A stretch of 11,350 bases of DNA from a candidate division WOR-3 bacterium (GTDB taxonomy: Bacteria; Hydrothermota; Hydrothermia; Hydrothermales; Hydrothermaceae). The position numbers and the translations under genes are program-made. Positions 8,346 to 11,350 of this stretch are shown piece after piece; position 1 is the stretch's first letter, and the number at the start of each line of letters is the position of its first letter. Under the pieces are notes generated by a model. The model ran no database searches and had not been told where the DNA came from. It was given only the letters and a program-made list of their open reading frames with translations. The stretch covers positions 1-11,350 of the forward strand of contig JBDRZD010000050.1 of assembly GCA_039803745.1 (NCBI GenBank). Reading direction: 5' to 3'.

Positions 8346-8766
8346 ATTCATATCCATCTTCATCCCCATAATAATTTTTAAGTATTCTTGTCATTTTAAA
8401 ACCAAACTTTTTATAAATTTTTATTGCTCTTTCATTTGAAACCCTTACTTCAAGCCTTATCCTTTCCTTTTTTTCCTTTCTTGCCATTTCAAGAATTTTA
8501 TCAAGAAAAAGTTTTGCATAACCCTTGCCCCTTTCCTCCTTTTCAATTGCTATATTTGCAAGATGGAACTCTTCGCCCATGTCCCACAATATAAAATAAC
8601 CGATTACTTTTTTATCTTTCTCAAGAACATAAAAATTGGAGAAAGGATTTTTAAGTTCAAATAAAAAAGAGGCAAATGACCATGGTCTTTTAAAAGATTC
8701 CTTCTCTATACTATGAACTTCTGGTATATCAGTTAATTTAGCCTTCCTTATTAAAAGATTTGACAT
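8317..8766 (-). CDS. rimI: Ribosomal protein S18-alanine N-acetyltransferase (GNAT)
   Basis: IEKESFKRPWS, HLANIAI...RGKGYA, LEVRVSNERAIKIYKKFGF and NYYGDEDG, adjacent to tsaB. Start reassigned to ATG 8766 (MSNLLIRKA), giving 149 aa. Confidence 0.9.
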   Translation of the reverse strand: MSNLLIRKAKLTDIPEVHSIEKESFKRPWSFASFLFELKNPFSNFYVLEKDKKVIGYFILWDMGEEFHLANIAIEKEERGKGYAKLFLDKILEMARKEKKERIRLEVRVSNERAIKIYKKFGFKMTRILKNYYGDEDGYEFVYEIESNL

Positions 8767-9373
8767 ATTCAGGAAAATAAAAATAAAATGGTTCTGCTCT
8801 TTCCATATCAAGAAATTTCCCTTCTTTATAAAGATTTTCTCCAATTTCAATTATTGATTTAATTGAAGGTGTATCAACTGGATAGCATTTTGAAACCCTA
8901 CTTTCAATCTCTATATTTTTACCAACATACAAAAAATTATCAATAATAGGAACATCATTTATCTTTCCCATTTTAAATTCTCTTTCTTCACCATCAACAA
9001 ATTTTTTCCAGAAAACTTTGTCGCTTTTAATCTCAAGAAAAACAATCAAATCCTTATATTCTTTTAAAAAAGGATATGCAAGGGCATCAAGGGTATTCAC
9101 TCCAACAAAAGGAACTTTTTTATAAAACCACAATGCCTTTGCAAAGGAAAAACCTGCCCTTAAAGATGTAAAATATCCTGGACCTGAACAAATTGCAACA
9201 AAAATAACACTTTTATTTCTTATCCTCTCCTCTATTCTTTCCCATAAATAAATTATGTATTCTGAATGGGAATGATAAGAACCATAAGTAACTTCAAAAA
9301 ATTTATCATTTTCTTTATAACCTATTTTTGTTATTTTACCTGATGTATCAATTCCTATCTTTATTCCATCCAT
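8738..9373 (-). CDS. tsaB: tRNA t6A37 biosynthesis protein TsaB (YeaZ)
   Basis: IGIDTS, HSE, SGPGYFTSLRAG (canonical GPGSFTGLRIG), VNTLDALA and C-terminal EPFY. Conserved tsaB-rimI adjacency. Likely start ATG 9373. Confidence 0.87.
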   Translation of the reverse strand: MDGIKIGIDTSGKITKIGYKENDKFFEVTYGSYHSHSEYIIYLWERIEERIRNKSVIFVAICSGPGYFTSLRAGFSFAKALWFYKKVPFVGVNTLDALAYPFLKEYKDLIVFLEIKSDKVFWKKFVDGEEREFKMGKINDVPIIDNFLYVGKNIEIESRVSKCYPVDTPSIKSIIEIGENLYKEGKFLDMERAEPFYFYFPEYVKSFNKEG

Positions 9374-11205
9374 TTTAAAACACAAAATCCTTTATTTGAA
9401 AAAGAAGAAATAAATATATAACTATCTTTATTTTCCATGCCATAAACATTTGATATTGAATAAGGATAAGAGGAGATATAAATTTTCTTTTTTAAATAGG
9501 TAAAAATTTGAATTTTTGAAATCATTGAAAGTAAAAGGAAAGGTTTAAAATAATCTGAAGAATAAACACTTTCAGAAATCCTTGTTTTATATACAATACT
9601 TTGAGGCAACATATTAAAAAGAGAAATTAAATAAATTGAATCTGATGGCAAATTATAAGTTGTTATTACAATTCCTGAATCAATAAAAGAAATGTTCTTA
9701 GCATTTACTATGTTAAAACTTTTTGAATCTATATAATTAAGGGAAAAAGAATAGGTTTCAATGTTTGATGGAGAAGTTAAGGTATAAATATAATTATATG
9801 AAACATCAAAATCAATTGGTGAATAAATTGTTCTTATTGAATCATAAATATAGGGATTTTGTGTAAGTTCAATCCTTACAATTCCTTTGCTATCAATTAA
9901 AAATGCAGAATTATTTTTAATTTTAACTTCATTTATCCATCCCCTTAAATTGAAATTTGAAATCAAAATAAGCGAATCAGGCAAAACCCTTTTATATATT
10001 CTTACCTTATCCCCATTAGAGCCTGCTATAACTATACAGAATCCTTCATTTCCCTCTATTCTCCATGGAATTTCTTCAACAGGGATTTCTTTTAAAAGAT
10101 AGGGATTTAATGGATTTGTAATATCATAAACTTTTAAGGAAAAATATTTTGTTTCTCCTCCAATTTCATAAAGATAATTATCTATAATTTTCAAATCCCT
10201 TGAAAATATATTATTTGAAAAAACTTCAAAAACCTCTAATTTCTTTGTCCTGAAATTCCATATCGCATAACTTTCCCCTCCCCTTTTATCCTTTGCAACC
10301 ACTTTCCAGTAATAGGAAACTCCAGGAAGCAAAGGCTCATAAGGAATAAAATTTGGATTTTTAAGATCAGGATAAAATATTATCGGGTTTTCAAAACCTA
10401 TATTTGTATCAAGATAAAAGTCATAACAAAGGGAATCACCATCAGGATCATAGCAAGTCCATGAAAATTGAGGTAAAAGGCAAACTAAGGTATCAAAAGG
10501 TAAAGGACTTGGATTTGAGGGAGGATAGGGAGGATTATTTTGAGGAGATGTTTTAAATTTCCTTATCTCGGACTTGTTTTCCCCACCCTTTTTATCCTTT
10601 GCCCTTATCTTCCAATAATATTCTTTTGAATATTCAAATGTATCAATAAATATTGTATCAATATAATCTTGAAGGTATAAAGAAGGTGGTGAATCAGAAG
10701 AGATATAAATATCGTAAAAAATTGTATCGTTTTCAGGGTCTTCTGATTTAAATATAAGGGTGCATATTTTTTCCTTAAAGATATAATTTTGTGGTGGGAA
10801 AATAAGAGAAGGTATAGAAGGAGGATGATTCCCATAAATTATTAAAATGTTTACCTTTTTTGAAAAAGAAAAATTACCCGCCTCATCAACTGCTCTTGCT
10901 TTTATGGAATAATAAGATGAATCAGGTGAATTTTTAAAATCAATATAAAAGAAATATATATTATTAGAATCTGGCTTATATTTTGTATCCACTTTAATTG
11001 TATCATTTAGATATATTTCAACTAATTCAATTCCTTTATTATCATGTGCTTTAACCTTAACCTTTAAAATTTCAGGCAAAAAAACATATCCATCAGGTGG
11101 GAATATTATATCAACATAAGGCTTTTCTTTATCAGGTCTTCTACATGAAAATATTATAAATTCTATAAAAAGAAAAACTTTAAAAAAATTCAAAACCCTT
11201 GCCAT
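9361..11205 (-). CDS. Putative surface lipoprotein: Ig-like domain + two Fn3-like repeats + LVIVD-like beta-propeller
   Basis: From ATG 11205: MARVLNFFKVFLFIEFIIFSC (lipobox-like, Cys codon 11145-11143). Ig-like D..KP.V.I..P.DG...AHDNKGI..V...ARAVDEAGN; two N.PP..P...DP.xD...Y...YYWK..AKDK.GG repeats; then LKVYDITNPLNP and a beta-rich C-terminus. The ORF track start at 11259 is an alternative. Confidence 0.78.
   Translation of the reverse strand: MARVLNFFKVFLFIEFIIFSCRRPDKEKPYVDIIFPPDGYVFLPEILKVKVKAHDNKGIELVEIYLNDTIKVDTKYKPDSNNIYFFYIDFKNSPDSSYYSIKARAVDEAGNFSFSKKVNILIIYGNHPPSIPSLIFPPQNYIFKEKICTLIFKSEDPENDTIFYDIYISSDSPPSLYLQDYIDTIFIDTFEYSKEYYWKIRAKDKKGGENKSEIRKFKTSPQNNPPYPPSNPSPLPFDTLVCLLPQFSWTCYDPDGDSLCYDFYLDTNIGFENPIIFYPDLKNPNFIPYEPLLPGVSYYWKVVAKDKRGGESYAIWNFRTKKLEVFEVFSNNIFSRDLKIIDNYLYEIGGETKYFSLKVYDITNPLNPYLLKEIPVEEIPWRIEGNEGFCIVIAGSNGDKVRIYKRVLPDSLILISNFNLRGWINEVKIKNNSAFLIDSKGIVRIELTQNPYIYDSIRTIYSPIDFDVSYNYIYTLTSPSNIETYSFSLNYIDSKSFNIVNAKNISFIDSGIVITTYNLPSDSIYLISLFNMLPQSIVYKTRISESVYSSDYFKPFLLLSMISKIQIFTYLKKKIYISSYPYSISNVYGMENKDSYIFISSFSNKGFCVLKWME
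10246..10830 (-). repeat. Intragenic tandem duplication of an ~95-aa Fn3-like domain (10830-10549 and 10539-10246)
   Basis: NHPPSIPS...EDPENDTIFYDIY...YYWKIRAKDKKGGE...FKT versus NNPPYPPS...YDPDGDSLCYDFY...YYWKVVAKDKRGGE...FRT. Residual DNA identity (tttatcctttgc) is seen at about 10285 and 10591. Confidence 0.8.
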
Positions 11206-11211
11206 AGATAT

Positions 11212-11241
11212 ATAATAAAGAAAAAGAAATTTATTTTTCAA
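11212..11241 (-). promoter_or_regulatory. Putative sigma70-type promoter heading the minus-strand operon
   Basis: Minus strand TTGAAA (11241-11236), 18 nt spacer, TATTAT (11217-11212), then 6 nt to ATG 11205. No SD is present. Confidence 0.5.
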
Positions 11242-11350
11242 ATTGCTAATACTAATCATTTCTTATAACTTCACTTTCAGTATTTTTGGAAAAAAATTCT
11301 GAATTTTTATGGATTCTCGCTAAATTTACACAGTAAATACAAATATTAAA

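Noticed and set aside
7598..9385. Longest-ORF starts for degP (7618), rimI (8850) and tsaB (9385)
   Set aside because: The extensions lie inside upstream genes. Downstream ATGs (7597, 8766, 9373) match family N-termini and overlap patterns.
9887..10835. ORFs 9887..10102(+) and 10605..10835(-)
   Set aside because: Both are nested in the lipoprotein gene, with low-complexity composition expected from AT-rich off-frames.
11252..11350. Open minus-strand frame (32 codons, FNICIYC...IRND*) as the 3' end of an upstream gene
   Set aside because: Too short to distinguish from chance without more sequence. If real, it would weaken the promoter and dyad interpretations.
1..11350. CRISPR arrays, tRNA/rRNA, IS elements, phase-variable homopolymers
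   Set aside because: There are no regularly spaced repeats, GC-rich structured islands or transposase ORFs. Poly-A/T runs are ubiquitous background and all frames are intact.

Overview
This is a very AT-rich, gene-dense bacterial window with Lys/Glu/Ile-rich proteins. The style suggests a low-GC, possibly thermophilic lineage, but taxonomy cannot be fixed from the sequence alone. Ten minus-strand genes form one tightly overlapped run (11205 to 437): Ig/Fn3/LVIVD-type lipoprotein, tsaB, rimI, transaldolase, DegP/HtrA protease, class A PBP, an orphan and degenerate nuoH-like gene, a stand-alone ATP-dependent ligase adenylation domain, a luxE-like gene and a luxC-like gene. A 5'-truncated Cys-rich lipoprotein gene on the plus strand converges on the end of the run. 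I saw no RNA genes, mobile elements or CRISPR arrays. Best leads: (1) strong enrichment of D-[S/T]-[I/L/V] in exported proteins only, the signature of Bacteroidota-type general O-glycosylation; (2) a translationally coupled tail of nuoH-like / OB-less ligase / luxE / luxC with no luciferase genes; (3) a likely leaderless promoter heading the run.
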